From: the human T2T-CHM13v2.0 reference genome, Homo sapiens
Length of the DNA: 64,000 nt
NCBI RefSeq assembly: GCF_009914755.1
Contig: NC_060942.1
Reading direction: 5' to 3' (one strand)
A program made the position numbers and the translations under genes. How positions within the stretch are numbered: position 1 is the stretch's first letter; each line of letters begins with the position of its first letter. The notes beneath the pieces were generated by a model. That model saw nothing but the letters and a program-made list of their open reading frames with translations. It was not told where the DNA came from and made no database searches. Below, piece by piece: positions 30,911 through 45,339 of the stretch.

Positions 30911-31877
30911 GACAGCGAGATAAATGAAATTAAACCGTTATAAGGTTCTTGTATTTTTCAACAAGTGTTAAAAGTATAAATTTAGACAACCTGATAAACT
31001 AATATTTTAATATTTTAATGAAGAATATTTTAATCTCTAGGGCAACTACTTAAAAATACATGCACACATATTAAAGATGTACACTGTAAAATTATATGTA
31101 AAATCAAATAGAAAAAATTATGCTTGATTAAAGAAAGGAACAAATAGAAAAAAAATACCTGCCTTGTAAGACACAAATCCTACTATATCATGTTCTACAT
31201 TAAATGTAAATGGACCCATCATTCCAATTAAATAACAAATACATTAGATTGGATTTCAAAACACACAACTATATTCTGTGTACAACACAACTACTTTAAA
31301 GTCAAGGGAACAGATATATTAAAAGAAAAAAATGGAAAAAGATATCATGCAAATACTAATTAAAAGTATGATGATGTTGCTACGTTAATACTGAATAGCT
31401 GGCTTAAATTATTAGGGATAAACAGAGATGCTTTATTACGATAAAAGTTCAACAGGAATGTTTAACAATCATAAATGTGTATACATCTCACAACACTGCT
31501 TCAAAAATTTATAAAGTAAAAGTTGACAGAACTAAAAGGAAAAACAGAATAATCCAAAATAACAGTTGGAGATTTTAAGATACTTCTCTCAGTAATGTAT
31601 AGAAGAAAAAAAACCCTATGAATATAAAAAAATTTTGACATTACTAGTAACCAATTTGTTTGACCTAATTTGTATTTACAGAATCCAATAACTGTTCAAT
31701 ACACATTGTTCTCAAGTACTCAAGGAATGTTGACTGAACTGAATCACATACTGGGCCATAAAGCAAGTCAATAAATATCAAAAGATTGAAATCATATAAA
31801 ATATATTTTCTGAGCACAGTGGAATTAAATTAGAAATCAGTAGGCCGGGCACAGTGGAATTAAATTAGAAATCAGTA

Positions 31878-32180
31878 GGCCGGGTGCGGTGGTTCATGCC
31901 TGTAATCCCAGCACTTTGGGAGGCCAAGGCGGGTGGATCACGAGGTCAGGAGATCGAGACCATCCTGGCTAACAAGGTGAAACCCTGCCTCTACTAAAAA
32001 TACAAAAAATTAGCCAGGCGTGGTGGCGGGCGCCTGTAGTCCCAGCTACTCAGGAGGCTGAGGCAGGACAATGGTGTGAACCCGGGAGGTGGAGCTGGCA
32101 GTGAGCCGACCATGCCACTGCACTTCAGCCTGGGCGACAGAGCGAGACTCCATCTCCAAAAAGAAAAAAATAATAATAAT
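31878..32180 (+). mobile_element. Alu (AluY-type)
   Basis: Full Alu; TSD agaaatcagta. Confidence 0.95.
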
Positions 32181-34438
32181 AAGAAATCAGTAACAAAATT
32201 ATTCATAAAAGAAGAAATCACAATGGAAATTTTAAAATATTTTTAATTGGTAATGAAAATGTAATATCAAAATTTGTGAGATGCAGTTTAAGCTATGCTT
32301 ACAGGACCATTTATAGCTTTAAAATGCATATTTACAAGAAGGAAAGTTGAAAAATAACACTATCATCCTTTATTTTCAGTAGCTAAAGATGGCAAATCAA
32401 ACCCAAAGTAGTACAAAGGAGGAAATAATGTAAACAAGAACAAAACTCAATGAAATAAAAAGCATTAAGAGAAAATTAAGCCAAAAGCTGGCTGTTTGAG
32501 AATATTAATAATTAATAACCCTTAGCAGAAATAATCAAGAAAACACAGAAATTCCAATTTTAGAAAAATTAAAAGGGGGGGCATCAGTACATATGCTATG
32601 GACAGTAAAAGGAAAATAAGGGGATATTAATATGGGCAGTAAAAGGAAAATGAGATATTAAGAACAACTTTATGATAATGTATTTAATAATTTAGGTAAA
32701 ATGGACAACTTCTTTGAAAAACATAGCTTATAGAAACTGACACAGGAAATAGAAAACTGAAACAATCCTCTATTTATTAGAGAAACTGAATCCATCATTT
32801 AAAATTTTCCCTGAAGTAATCTCCTGACTCAGATACCTTCAATAGAGAATTCTTCTAAACCATTAAGAATAAATAATACCTCACACCAATTTTTTGTTCC
32901 AGAAAACAAAAAGAAGGGCATCAGTTCCCAATTCTTTATGAAACTACCAAAACCTGACAAGGACATAAGGAAAATGACAGGTCAAAACATCTCTCATGAA
33001 CACAGACACAAAAATGTTAAACAAAATTTTAGCAAATCAAATCCAGACTTATTAAAAAGATAATACATTATAACCAATGAAATTTATTACAGGAATGTAA
33101 GTTGATTTAACTTTTGAAAATTAATCAGTGTAATTCACCAAATCATCAAAGTAAAATCCATATAATCATCTCAACAGATAAAGAAAAGAATTTAATGAAA
33201 TTCAATACCTACTCACAATAAAATCTTTCAGAAACTAAGAATAAAAGGAGCACTCTTAAAACAAAAATTTTACAGCCAATGTCATCTTACTAATGAAATA
33301 CTGGATTCTTTCCCCTTGAATTCAGGAATAAGACAAGAATATACATCACCATTTCTATTCAACAAAATAAATAAACCAACACAAATCAATGGTATAAAGA
33401 CTAAAAGAAAATAGAAAACAAAGTAAAAAGAAATAATGATTTAAAAAGAAGACTTACAATTGTCATTATTTGCTGATGACATAATTAAGTGCATAGAAAA
33501 CCCAAGAGAACCTATAATAAACCATTAGAATAAGTGAATATAATAACTAAGGTCAATATATAAAGATCAACTATATTTCTATATATTTCCAAAAAACAAT
33601 TAGAAAGTGAAATTTAAAAACTGATGGCATAATAGCATCCAAAAAAACTCAAAACACTAGGAATAAATCTAACAAATGTGCAATACCTCTACACTGAAAT
33701 ACTGTTGAGAGAAAGAGTTCACAAAATGGAAGGATATGCCATCTTTGTTGACTGGAAGATTTATTAATAATATTGTAGAGGATAATCAAATTCCCTGATG
33801 TTGACCTCAAGATTCCATGCAATCCCAATAAAAATTCCACAGACTTTTTGCAGACTCACAAGCCAATTCTAAACTTTGCATGAAAATGCAAAGGACCCAG
33901 AATGGCCAGGAAAATCTTGGGGAAGAACACTAGAATATACAAAGATTTATCACAAGCTACAATAAATAAGACATAATTAATACAACGACAGACAAACAGA
34001 CCAACAGAACAGAGAATTAAGAAACAACCCACATATACTGTCACAACGAAACAACTTACATCTAATCGTTAAAGAATGATCTTTCCAATAAATGGTGCTG
34101 GATCAACTAACTATCACATGGCGAAAAGAAGAAACTTGAGTCCTATCTCAGATTATATACAAATTTAATTTGCAATGGATCATGAATAAACTAACTTATA
34201 CAAGAAAATATACATGTATCTTCATATTATCATGACTATGACACAGGAAAATATTTCTTTAACAGGATACAGAATTATCCCTTCAAAATATTGGCAAGTT
34301 GGACTTCATTTAAATTAGAAACTGTTCATCAGACACCACAGAGAATAAAAAGACAATTTTCAAACTGGGAGAAGATATCTGCAATATATATAGCCAACAA
34401 AAGACTTGTTCCAGAATATATAAAGAATGCCTACAAAT

Positions 34439-34440
<2 letters not shown>

Positions 34441-34484
<44 letters not shown>
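34441..34484. repeat. (AT)22 microsatellite
   Basis: Read directly from the sequence. Confidence 0.97.
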
Positions 34485-34487
<3 letters not shown>

Positions 34488-35259
34488 CATTTTAAAATTT
34501 TAAGCCCTTTTTTTCAGTCTACATACACAGAACTTAATTTAAAAATGGGCAGAAAAGGGATATTTGGAAAACCTCTTGGGGATAAACATTGTTATCTTGA
34601 TTATAGTGGTGATTACGTGGATTTGTCAAAACTAATCTATCTATATACTTAAAATGAATGAATTCTATTGCATGTGAATTACACCTCATGTCACTTTTTC
34701 CCTGAGCACCAGAATTATAAGGTCCCCACTGTCTGCTCCAACATTTTCAGATATTCTTCCTTCATAACACTTACTACGGCTGTAATTTCAAATGTGTTTG
34801 TGTAATGATTTAAGGTATGTCTTCCCCATTACAGGTTTAAGTTCTTTAAGGACTGCGCCCATGATTATATTTGCTTATTACTGGAGCCCCCAATCATCTA
34901 GTAGCAAATAGAGGTACTCGATAAATATTTGTTGAATGAAAAATGATTGTGCAGTATGAACACTTTGAGAATTAAATCAGGAGGCAGTATCATTCTGCCA
35001 ACTTTCATGTTTTTTAATTATCAAAATTGCCTACTCCACCTTCACATCTCCATTTGAAGTCTATCAGACATGAAATCTCTGATATTTCCCTTCACCCTCA
35101 AGCCGCCTTATCCGTAGTTTCAGTGACGGTAATTCCATCTTTCCAGTTGCCCTTCTGAAAACCATGGAGTCATCCCTAATGTCAAAGGGACAGTCTTTCA
35201 GTTCCCTAGCATTTTTGCAAGTTACTTTCACTGATTTTAATATAGTTCTGGAAATTTGT

Positions 35260-35260
<1 letters not shown>

Positions 35261-35292
<32 letters not shown>
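35261..35292. repeat. (CA)16 microsatellite
   Basis: Read directly from the sequence. Confidence 0.97.
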
Positions 35293-35293
<1 letters not shown>

Positions 35294-36463
35294 TTCTGTT
35301 CTTCACAGTAAGATATATCCAATCTCTTTACCTATCTGGACTCAATTAGTCTTCTGAATTTTATATATACTGTCCAGCAAACAGTAAACATGATTTTTTT
35401 TCCTAAGATATTTGAAAAAGAAGGTAGGCAATGATGTTGGTAAAATGCTCCGTATAGTATCAATTCAGAAAAATGTGCCCCCATAGACAAATTATCTATG
35501 AAATACAGGAATACTGCCTTTGTGGAACTTTCCATAATCCTTAACGGCAGAAGTAATCACATCTTCTGCTGTTTCAAATGTACTCTGAATACAAAGTATT
35601 TCTAAAACAGCAGGTTATACTGTAAAATAACTATTGAGTTGTCTTTCAATTATAGAATTTTTTGGTATATAAAAAGTTTTGTTATACATTCTTAAAGGAA
35701 TCAATTATTTTTCTTTATAGTTTTCTCTTTTGCTTTTTATTCTCAACACAGCCTTCCTCACCTCAATATCAGAAAGATACTGATGTCTTAATTTGTACTA
35801 AAACTCACAAAAATAAACACTTCAGAGACATTTCACCCACAGTCTTGCTTCCTGTTTTTAAATATCAAAATGTTTTAACTAGACACCTTTAATTGTGCAG
35901 CACCATGCTAGGTACCAGTGAAAGAAAAACACTTGGACACCAAGCTATGGCAGGTGAAAGAAAGGGAAGAACTCTGAGATGACCACCAAGCTTCTGACTA
36001 AGAGAACTAAGTGTTTTTAATACTACTTGCTTGAGACAGAAAATATGAAAATACTGGCTGTGAACTTTTTCCCCCTTTTTACAGCAGGGAACAACAGAGG
36101 GGGAACTGAGGAGAAATGAGTTTTGTCCATATTGTTTTGAGAGGCCTGTGGAATGTCCAAATGGGTATGTCTATTGGAAGCTGGATTCATGGCTCATACT
36201 CATAAAAAAGATCTGTATTTGGCAACCATCAATGTTTAGATGGAACACCTGAAGTCAAGAATATAGGAATCCATGAGTATGGATAAAATCTCCCAGGAAG
36301 AGTGCATATAACGAGAAAATGTTCAAGAATGGAGTAGCAGCATTTAATGGGCGTGGTAAAGACGACGAGCTGCGCAGCCAGAGAGAGAAAAAGATAACTA
36401 TCATGGAAGCTAAAGAATAAGTTTCAAAGGAGAAAATAGTATTATCATGCTTACCAAAAAGAC

Positions 36464-36818
36464 CAGTGGTCCCCAACCTTTTTGGCACCAGGGACTGATT
36501 TTGTAGAAGGCAATTTTTCCACTGATGGTGGCCGGATGGTGGGAGGGGCAGGCGAGGGATGATTTCGGGATAAAACTGTTCCACCTCAGATCATCAGGCA
36601 TTAGATTATCATAAGGAGCATGCAACTTAGATCCCTTGCATGCACAGTTCACAATAGGGTTCACCTTCCTGAGAATCTAATGCTGCCACTGATCTGAAAG
36701 AAGGCAGAGCTCAGGCGGTAATGCTCTCTCACCTGCTGCTAACCTCCTGCTTTGCAGCCCGGTTCCTAACAGGCCACAGACCCGTATCAGTCCATGGCCT
36801 AGGGTTTGGGGACCCCTG
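36464..36818. mobile_element. MER1B-type hAT-Charlie MITE inserted in an L2 fragment
   Basis: cagtggtccccaacc ... ggtttggggacccctg terminal inverted repeats. Confidence 0.85.
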
Positions 36819-38084
36819 AAATAAGACAACATTATCCTGTTTATCAAACACTGAAAACATTATTAAAATACGAAATTTTAAGAAAAGTTATTTCTATAAC
36901 TTTAAATGAGAATATAGATGCTTTCTTTTTTTTACTGTAATTAAAAAACAAGGTACAGAACAGGGTACACGGCAAGTTCTACTTGTGTAGAAAACAGCAA
37001 GGTATATATTTATATTGGCTTTTATTGCATAAAAAGCAGGTAGAAGACAGAAGTGACAGTAGGTTTTTGTATGGCTTTTTGTAGTCCTTGGTGTTCTAAC
37101 CATAACAAAGTTACCTATGCTAAAAATTTAGTAAATGTTACAAATGTAATACAACCTGCTAATCTTCAAAATGTTCCACAGCTCTAAGCATGTGTTCCTT
37201 CACCTTACTTGAATCACACCTGTAAAAAGGAAACTCTGTAAGACCAAATGTTAGTCAGAGAAGTACCTTAACAGATGCTTTGCCAGGACAGTTGCTGAAC
37301 CTGAAGACTAATATTATCATCTTTACTAAAGCGTGTGGAAGAAACAGCTAATCACATGCTACCCAAGGGCTCTGCTCAGAATGTCAAATATGATGTTACC
37401 AAAAAAAATGCAACTTAATTTCAAACAATATATAAAATGTAAGACTACATAGCCTCAATCAATTTTTATTTAACAGGTCAGACTTTTATTTTTTGTACAG
37501 ATATCTTTGTAAAGATACTTACAAAAATTTTAAGTATATATTTAAATAAATTTAAAATTCACGAAGTATATTTGGCTAAACTGGGGATATTTCAAACGCA
37601 GTACTCACAATGAATTAAGTAAAAACAAGATAAGGAATTCCAATCAGCTTTCAGCCTTTTAAAATGAAGACATGCTTTTATGTACTCAACTTAGTGGATG
37701 GCATCACCATCAGTTGAGTCTCCAAACACTCTCTTCTACACTTTATATCTACTCAGTAACTGAATCCTGTTAGTTCTACTTCAAATACTCCAGAATCTAA
37801 TGCCCCTTTCCATTGATATCCTCCAATGTGTACCTATATCTTTATTATCGTCATCATCGCCAATATTCACTGAGTACCTTTACATGTTGGACACCATGAA
37901 CTGTTTTACAGCATTCTAATAAAATATATAATAAGTATTATCTTTCTCATATTATAAAAATCATTCATGTTAAACAGTATCAAATGAAGCTGACACCACA
38001 GGAACAGGAATTTTTTTCAGAATATTTTTCTGAAATTCTCAAAATGTCATTGGATAATCCATTTGAAAGGCAGATAAATTTAAG

Positions 38085-38302
38085 GTTCTTTATACTTAAC
38101 TGTACATTAGAATTACCTAAGAAGCTTTTGAAATACTGTGACAGGTCTGCCACAAAGACCTACCAAAGTAAAAAAAAAAAAAAAAAAAGAAAAAGAAAGA
38201 AATACTGTGACAGGGCCCTCAGCCCAGATCGATTTAAGTTACTGGAAGTTTTTTAAAGTTTTCCACATAATTCTAATGTGTAGCCAAGGCTAAGAAACAC
38301 TA
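38085..38302. mobile_element. MER5A-type MITE carrying a short poly(A) insertion
   Basis: ctgtacattagaattacct...ataattctaatgtgtagccaaggctaagaaacact. Confidence 0.65.
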
Positions 38303-38669
38303 GACTATATGATTATCTAGGTTCTTTCTAGCTTAAAAATGTTTGATTATACAGAAATATTTTCAGACTGTGAGCCTTAAAATGAACTACCACAATAGAA
38401 AGAACTATTTTCTCCCCAAGTTTTTCTCAAAGAAACATTAATGAATAAAAACTTTTCTTGAATGAAATTGTTCTCTCATAATTCTTTTCTAAACAAATGG
38501 TGCCTACCACTTTGTATATGCTAATACTAGCAGATGATAAAAAATAAATTAACAGTAACTAATATGAAATTAAAACATAGAAATGCCATTTCTTCAAAGT
38601 ATGTTTGAGAAGGAAAAATCTGCATACACAAAAAAATAGTCACACTTTCTACTGGTAAAATTGTTCCTA

Positions 38670-38825
38670 GGTGCGGGGAGGGGATGAGGATTGAAAAATG
38701 ACCTATTGGGTACAGTGTTCCTTACTGGGGGTAATGGGTACACTAAAAGCTCAGCCTTCACCACCACACAAGAAATCCACGTAACAAAACTGCACTTGTA
38801 CCCACAAACCTATAAAAATAAATTA
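38670..38825 (+). mobile_element. Short L1 3'-end fragment (L1MA/PB-type)
   Basis: cctattgggtac...gtaacaaaactgcacttgtaccc; TSD approximately aaattgttccta / aaatggttccta. Confidence 0.75.
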
Positions 38826-40210
38826 AAAATGGTTCCTAATTATGAAAATAAGTATGTCAATAGTTTGTTGTTTCAGAAAGTAAACACCAACTGAGAACCA
38901 ACATTTAAATGATGCCTGCAAGGTTTACCAAGATAGGGCCCTATCTATCTACACTAAATGGAGCCAGAGTAGTGCACATTTTGAATTGTCAGCTTTTTAT
39001 AAATTTTATGTCTATTTCTATGCCATCTTGGCTGTCAGGTAACACTGCATGTATATATGTCTGCTTATAGAACAACTTCTCCCATTTTTGCTATTTGCTG
39101 TCTCCTGGCTTAAAATTAAGAAAACAAGTCTGTTAAAATATGTGTAAGGTGAAGAGTAGTTCCCTTATAAAGTTATAATGCTTTGGCATTAAGAAAAAAG
39201 ACACAAGGCTGAAACTAAGAAGTAAAATGCCTAAGTGTTAGTGCACTGGCATTAGAAGTTATTTTTCTCCTTTTATTCTCAGTGTTTAGATTCTTGACTT
39301 TTAGATTCTAGCTAGTGCTCGATCTTGGCCAGTTCCAAACACACGAAATAGAACTATAAATAAATAATTCTTCTCTTGAGATGACATGGGAAAAAACTGA
39401 AAGTTAAACTTATATATAATTATGAACACATTTCTAATTCCCACCCCATTCAACTGAAATGAAGTGAAAAACCCCATTCTAGAAAACTTAAGTAAAATCA
39501 TCCTAAAACATAATAGTTTTTTCAGACTCAAGTATCTCAAACTATAGTTAGTAACATCCTCTCAGCAAAGAGCAGAAAATATTTTTAAAATGCCAGAGCA
39601 GATCTAAAAAAGAACTTATAGAAATTCTAGAAATAGAAAAATATATATTAGGAACTCAAGGGATAGGTATAACAGATTAGGCCCAGTGAAAAATGAACTG
39701 GAAAACTGGTCAGAAAAAAATATACTTAGAATGATAAATGGTTGGAAAAGTCTGAAGGGATTAAGAAACATAAAGATACAGTTACAAGGTCTAGTCTAAG
39801 TTTAACTGGAGTCTTATGGAAGAATTATTTGCTTGAAGAGATAATGACTGAAAACTCCCAAAACTGATGAAAGACATGAACCTACAGATGTCAGAAATCC
39901 CAACAGGCACCAAGCAAGATAATTAGAAAGAAATCTTCCAATATCTAACTACAGTGTGAGAAAAAATAAATTTAAGAAAACAGAAATCCACACCTAAACA
40001 TACTAAAACCACTAAAAATCCTAGACAAAGCAAAACTCTTAAATGCAGTCAAATAAGCAGATTATGTTCAAAATATCAACAATTACATTGATATCTGAAT
40101 TTTCAATAGATACAAGACAGAAAACAACGCAAGGATAAATGTAATGTGCTAAGTAAACAACAACTAACCTAGTATCTGTCCTTGGAAAATATCTTCTAAG
40201 AATCATGGTG

Positions 40211-40505
40211 AGCCAGGTGTGGTGGCTCATGCCTACAATCCCAGAACTTTGGGAGGCCAAGGCAGGAGAATCACTCGAGGCCAGGAGTTTAAGACTAGCC
40301 CGGGCGATATAAGACCCCATTTCTCCAAAAAATACAAAAATCAGCCAGGCATGATGGTGTATGCCTGTGGTCCTAGCTTCTCAGGAGGCTATGGCAGGAA
40401 GATTTCTTGAGCCCAAAAGTTCGAAGCTGCAGTGAGCTATGATCATGCCCCTATGCTCTGGCCTGGGTGACGGAGTGAAACACTGTCTCCAGAGGAAAAA
40501 AAAAA
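40211..40505 (+). mobile_element. Alu (AluJ-type)
   Basis: Full Alu; TSD aagaatcatggtga / aagaatgatggtga. Confidence 0.93.
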
Positions 40506-41208
40506 GAATGATGGTGAAATAAAGGCATTTTCAGACCCAGACCAAAACAAAACAAAAATACTGAAGGTATGTCTCACCAGCAAAGCAGTGCTAAAGGAAA
40601 TACTAAGGAATGTTCTTTAGGAGGTGAAAAAAAAAGTGATCTAAGCTAGAAGGTCATAAATGAAAGGAGGAACAGAAAGCATCAGAAATGGTAAGTAACT
40701 ATGTGGATGATCTAATGAACACTGACTTCAAAAAAAAGACAGTAATAACAACCACTTGTGGAAACATATAGAGACTTAAAATACATTACAACAACAACGA
40801 AAAGGTCATTGAGGGAAGGAACAGAAATGAAGTATTTTATGGTCCTTTGATTGGGATGTATATTATAATCTATACAGTAACCACTAAAAGAATAGTAAAT
40901 ATGTAAGATTTCCCAACTAGAAAGAAAAAAAAGGAATAATAAAAAACAAATTAATTATTGGCCGGGCACAGTGGCTCACACCTGTAATCCCAGCACTTTG
41001 ATTGCTAGACTGAGTTAAAAAAAAAAAAAAAAATCTACATCCTACTCATAATATCGTTATCTCTAACACAAGAAAACAGAAAGGAGGATAATACCATGCA
41101 AACACCAAAGAAAGCTTATTTAGCTATGCTAATATCAGATAAAGTAGACTTTAAAAGCATTACTAAAGATAAGAAGGGATAATTCACAATGATGTTGCAG
41201 GCGGCGCG

Positions 41209-41656
<448 letters not shown>

Positions 41657-42134
41657 CTAATAGACATATATAGAACTCTGCTCTCAGTGGCTAAACAATA
41701 CATATTTTTTTTAAATACACATGAAACATCTGTAAAAACTGACCATATGCTGGACCTTGAAACAAATCTCAAGGAATTCCAAAGAACTCAAATCGTAAAA
41801 TGTTATTTAACCACAATGCAATAAAGCCAGAAATCAAGAAAATAAAATATCCATGTTTGGAAATTAAGAAATGTATTTTTATCAACCAATGCATTAAAAA
41901 ATAATTATGAAAATTAGAAAATATTTGGAATTAAATAAATATGAATATACTACATATCAGAACTATGATTAGAGGAAAACTTATGTCCATTTTAAATGCA
42001 TCCTTAGAAAGGTGAAAATTGATGAAAGAGGCATTCATCTAAAACTCAGAAGAACAGAAAAAAATATACCAAAAGAAAGTAAAAGGGAGAAAATCATAAA
42101 GATCAGAAATTAATCATAAACAAAAACATACATG

Positions 42135-43441
42135 AGGTGCCCAAGGGCAAAACTATTTCCATAAGATGATGTTTGCCTTTTATGCTAAGTGCACATTTAT
42201 AATGATGGTACAAAAGCAATAGTGGATATAATTGCTGGAACCTCATTATGAATCAAGGCAATGACATCAAACTATTATTAGTCAATGTATTACTGGCTGC
42301 CACACACTTGCAGTTGAAGAAAGAAAAAGATAGTTTCAGTTAAAAATGTGCTTGATGAAGCAGTAAAAATTATTTTGTAAATTCTCCATGTCTTGTAAAT
42401 AAATATTCAGTGACAAAATGGGAAAATAATAAACATTATCTGTCACAAAGTAAAATAATCAAGAAAAAGCAGTTTGTGATTGAGTTGCCAGCTGAACTAG
42501 GCACCGTTTTCACTGAATACCATTTTTACTTGAAAGAACAATTGTTAACTGTATTTATCTAGGCATGGGTATTTGGCAGACATTTTCTCAAAAACAAACA
42601 TAGTGAGCAAGAAAATCAACTAATAACATTTGTTGCCAAGATCACATTTGAATTTCCAAGCAAGAACTTGGAATGTGCAAACTTATCTACGACCTTGAGC
42701 TTGACAGCATCCCCATACTTAGGCACTTTTCTGATGAGATTAGAGGTGATTTTAACCAATGTAGTCTTTGGTATCACACAGAAAAATGTTAATGTTTGGA
42801 AGAACTGTTTAACTCAGTAAACTTATACTTTCCAAATCACCAAAGCATGATGTTATAAAATTATACATGAGTAAAAATCTATTCAAAGTGTAATAAAGAC
42901 CAATGGGCTTAAATGTACCAGAGTAAGAAAAATGTAATGATACAATTTAAGATTCCACACCACAACTAACCTTAAAAAAAAAAAAAAACTTACTGAGTTC
43001 TGCTGTAATATCAAACAAGGTTATCCCCAAAAATCTGAAAAGGCTATTAAAATATTCTTCCCCTTTCTAACTACATGTCTGTGTGAGACTGCATTTTCTG
43101 CTACAACCGAAACAAGATACTACAATAGACTGAATGCAGAAGTAGATGTGAAAATATAGTGTCTTCTATTAAGCCAGACATTTAACAGAAACTTGCAAAA
43201 ACGTAACATGATGCCATTCATCTCACAAAGATAGTTATTTTTCCTTTAAAGAATGTTATTTATATTAACATGCAATAAGTTTATTATTTTTAACAAATTT
43301 TTTAGATTTGTTTTAATTTCACAACTGAGAAAAATTTATAATTTATATTAACAATATAACCTACATCAAGTTCTTTTAAGTCCTCAGTAATTTTTAAGAA
43401 TGTAACAGGGTTCTGAGACCAAAAGGTTTGAAAAATGCTGC
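42135..43441. mobile_element. Charlie1-type hAT DNA transposon fragment
   Basis: Contains gatgaagcagtaaaaattatt and tatttggcagacattttctc; ends ctgagaccaaaaggtttgaaaaatgctg. Confidence 0.75.
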
Positions 43442-45339
43442 AACAGAGCACAATCAAAACCAAAAGTTGATTCTTTGAAAAGACTTAAAAAACCCATAAT
43501 AAACATCTGGCAAGAATGATCAAAAAATATTTCAAAGCAGAAGTCACAAATAATGACATTAAAAAGAAAATTATCACTACAGACAGTGTTGACATTAGGA
43601 AAATAAGATTATTTCAAGAGCTTTTACTTTATTTTCATGCTAATTAATGTTCAAATTTATTAAAATGCTAAAAACCACAACTTACCAAAATAGGCAATTT
43701 ATAAAATATAGAAATTGTCCTATAACAATTAAAGAAGTAAGTAAATAAAAACTTCCTTGCAAAGAAAACTTCAGATTCAGATGGCTTTTCTAAAGAATTG
43801 TACCAATCATTTAACAAAGAAATAGAAATATTATGTAAATTCTTCTGGATAAGAAAAAGTAGAAAATTCTCCAGCTCCTTTTATAAAGCTAGCATAGCCT
43901 CAAAATAAAAACCAGACGAAGGCATTATAAGAAAGAAAAATTACAGGTCAATCACACTCACAAACAAAGATGCAAAAATCCTAACCAAAATTTTAACAAA
44001 CTGAATATCGCAATTTCTTTAAAAACATCATGACCAAGTGGGTCATCAACAAGTAGGTTAATTACAAGAATGCAAGACTGACTGAGCATTAAAAGTATAT
44101 CAGTATATTTTACCACATTAACAGATTAAAGAAGAAAAAGTCTTATAATCATCTCATTCGATGCAATAAAAGTACTTGATAAAATTTAACATCCATTCAA
44201 CATATAAATTTTTACTTAGCACATCAGAAACAGAAAGGAGCTTCCTTAATCTGACAAGTTATCTATGAAACACTACAGCAAACATCATACTTAATGGTCA
44301 AACAGTGAAAGCTTTCCCTTTGAGATCAGGAACAAGACAAGGATGTCCTCTATCACCACTTCTATTCAGGAATGTAATGGAGGTCATAGCCAGAGAAGTA
44401 AGGCAAGAAAAAGAAATAAAAGGTGTAAGGATTGACAAGAAAGAAACAAAACTGATTATTCACAAATGATATGATCATGAATACAGAAAACTGAAAGCAT
44501 CTACAGAAAAACTCAGAAGCAAGAGCTGAACAAGAATGTGAGATTCAAATTAATTGCATTTCCATGTAAACAGCAAATGCAGCTAGAAAATAAAACTTAA
44601 AAGACAAAGATTCGATTTAAAATGGCCTCAAAAAATATAAAGTATTAAATATCTAGCAATAAGCCCAATGAGAGATGTGCAAACCATCTACAGGGAAAAA
44701 TCATAAAACTTCATTGACAGACATTAAAGAACTAAATAAATGAAAATATATGTAATGCTCACGATTTGGAAAACTCAATTTTGTAAAGATATCAAGTCTT
44801 CCCAAATTGATTTACAGTCAAGGTAATCTGAATGAAAATCCCTACAGGATTACGTATATGTGTATATAACCTGACATACTGATGTTTAAGTGTATATGGA
44901 AATGCAAAGAACCAACAGCCAAGATATTCTTGGAAAAAAAAAAAAGGAATAAGATTAAGTATAACAAGAGAGTGGAATTCATAAAAACAGACCAAGGAAA
45001 CGATATAAACAGATCAGACACAGACCCACATATAAACGGACACCTGATACAACATAGATTGCATGACAAAATATCTTGTTTTTCCAAGAAATAATAATGG
45101 GACAAAAAACCATCCACATGGAAACAAATGAAACTGAACCTATTCCTCACATTATTCACGAAAATAAATTCTACCTAGCTGGTAGTCAAGTTGATGACAA
45201 CTGCCACATGAAGAACTATTTCAACTTCAAAACTAAATATACTGATTAAAATATCCCCAGTGGGATGTATCTTAGGGACAAGCATCTTATTGTTAGTGTT
45301 AGTTTTGGTACCATTACATTGTTATATGTTTTATATAAA

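Noticed and set aside
32597-32661. Imperfect tandem duplication of about 33 bp
   Set aside because: Old slippage event within decayed L1, with no sign of function.
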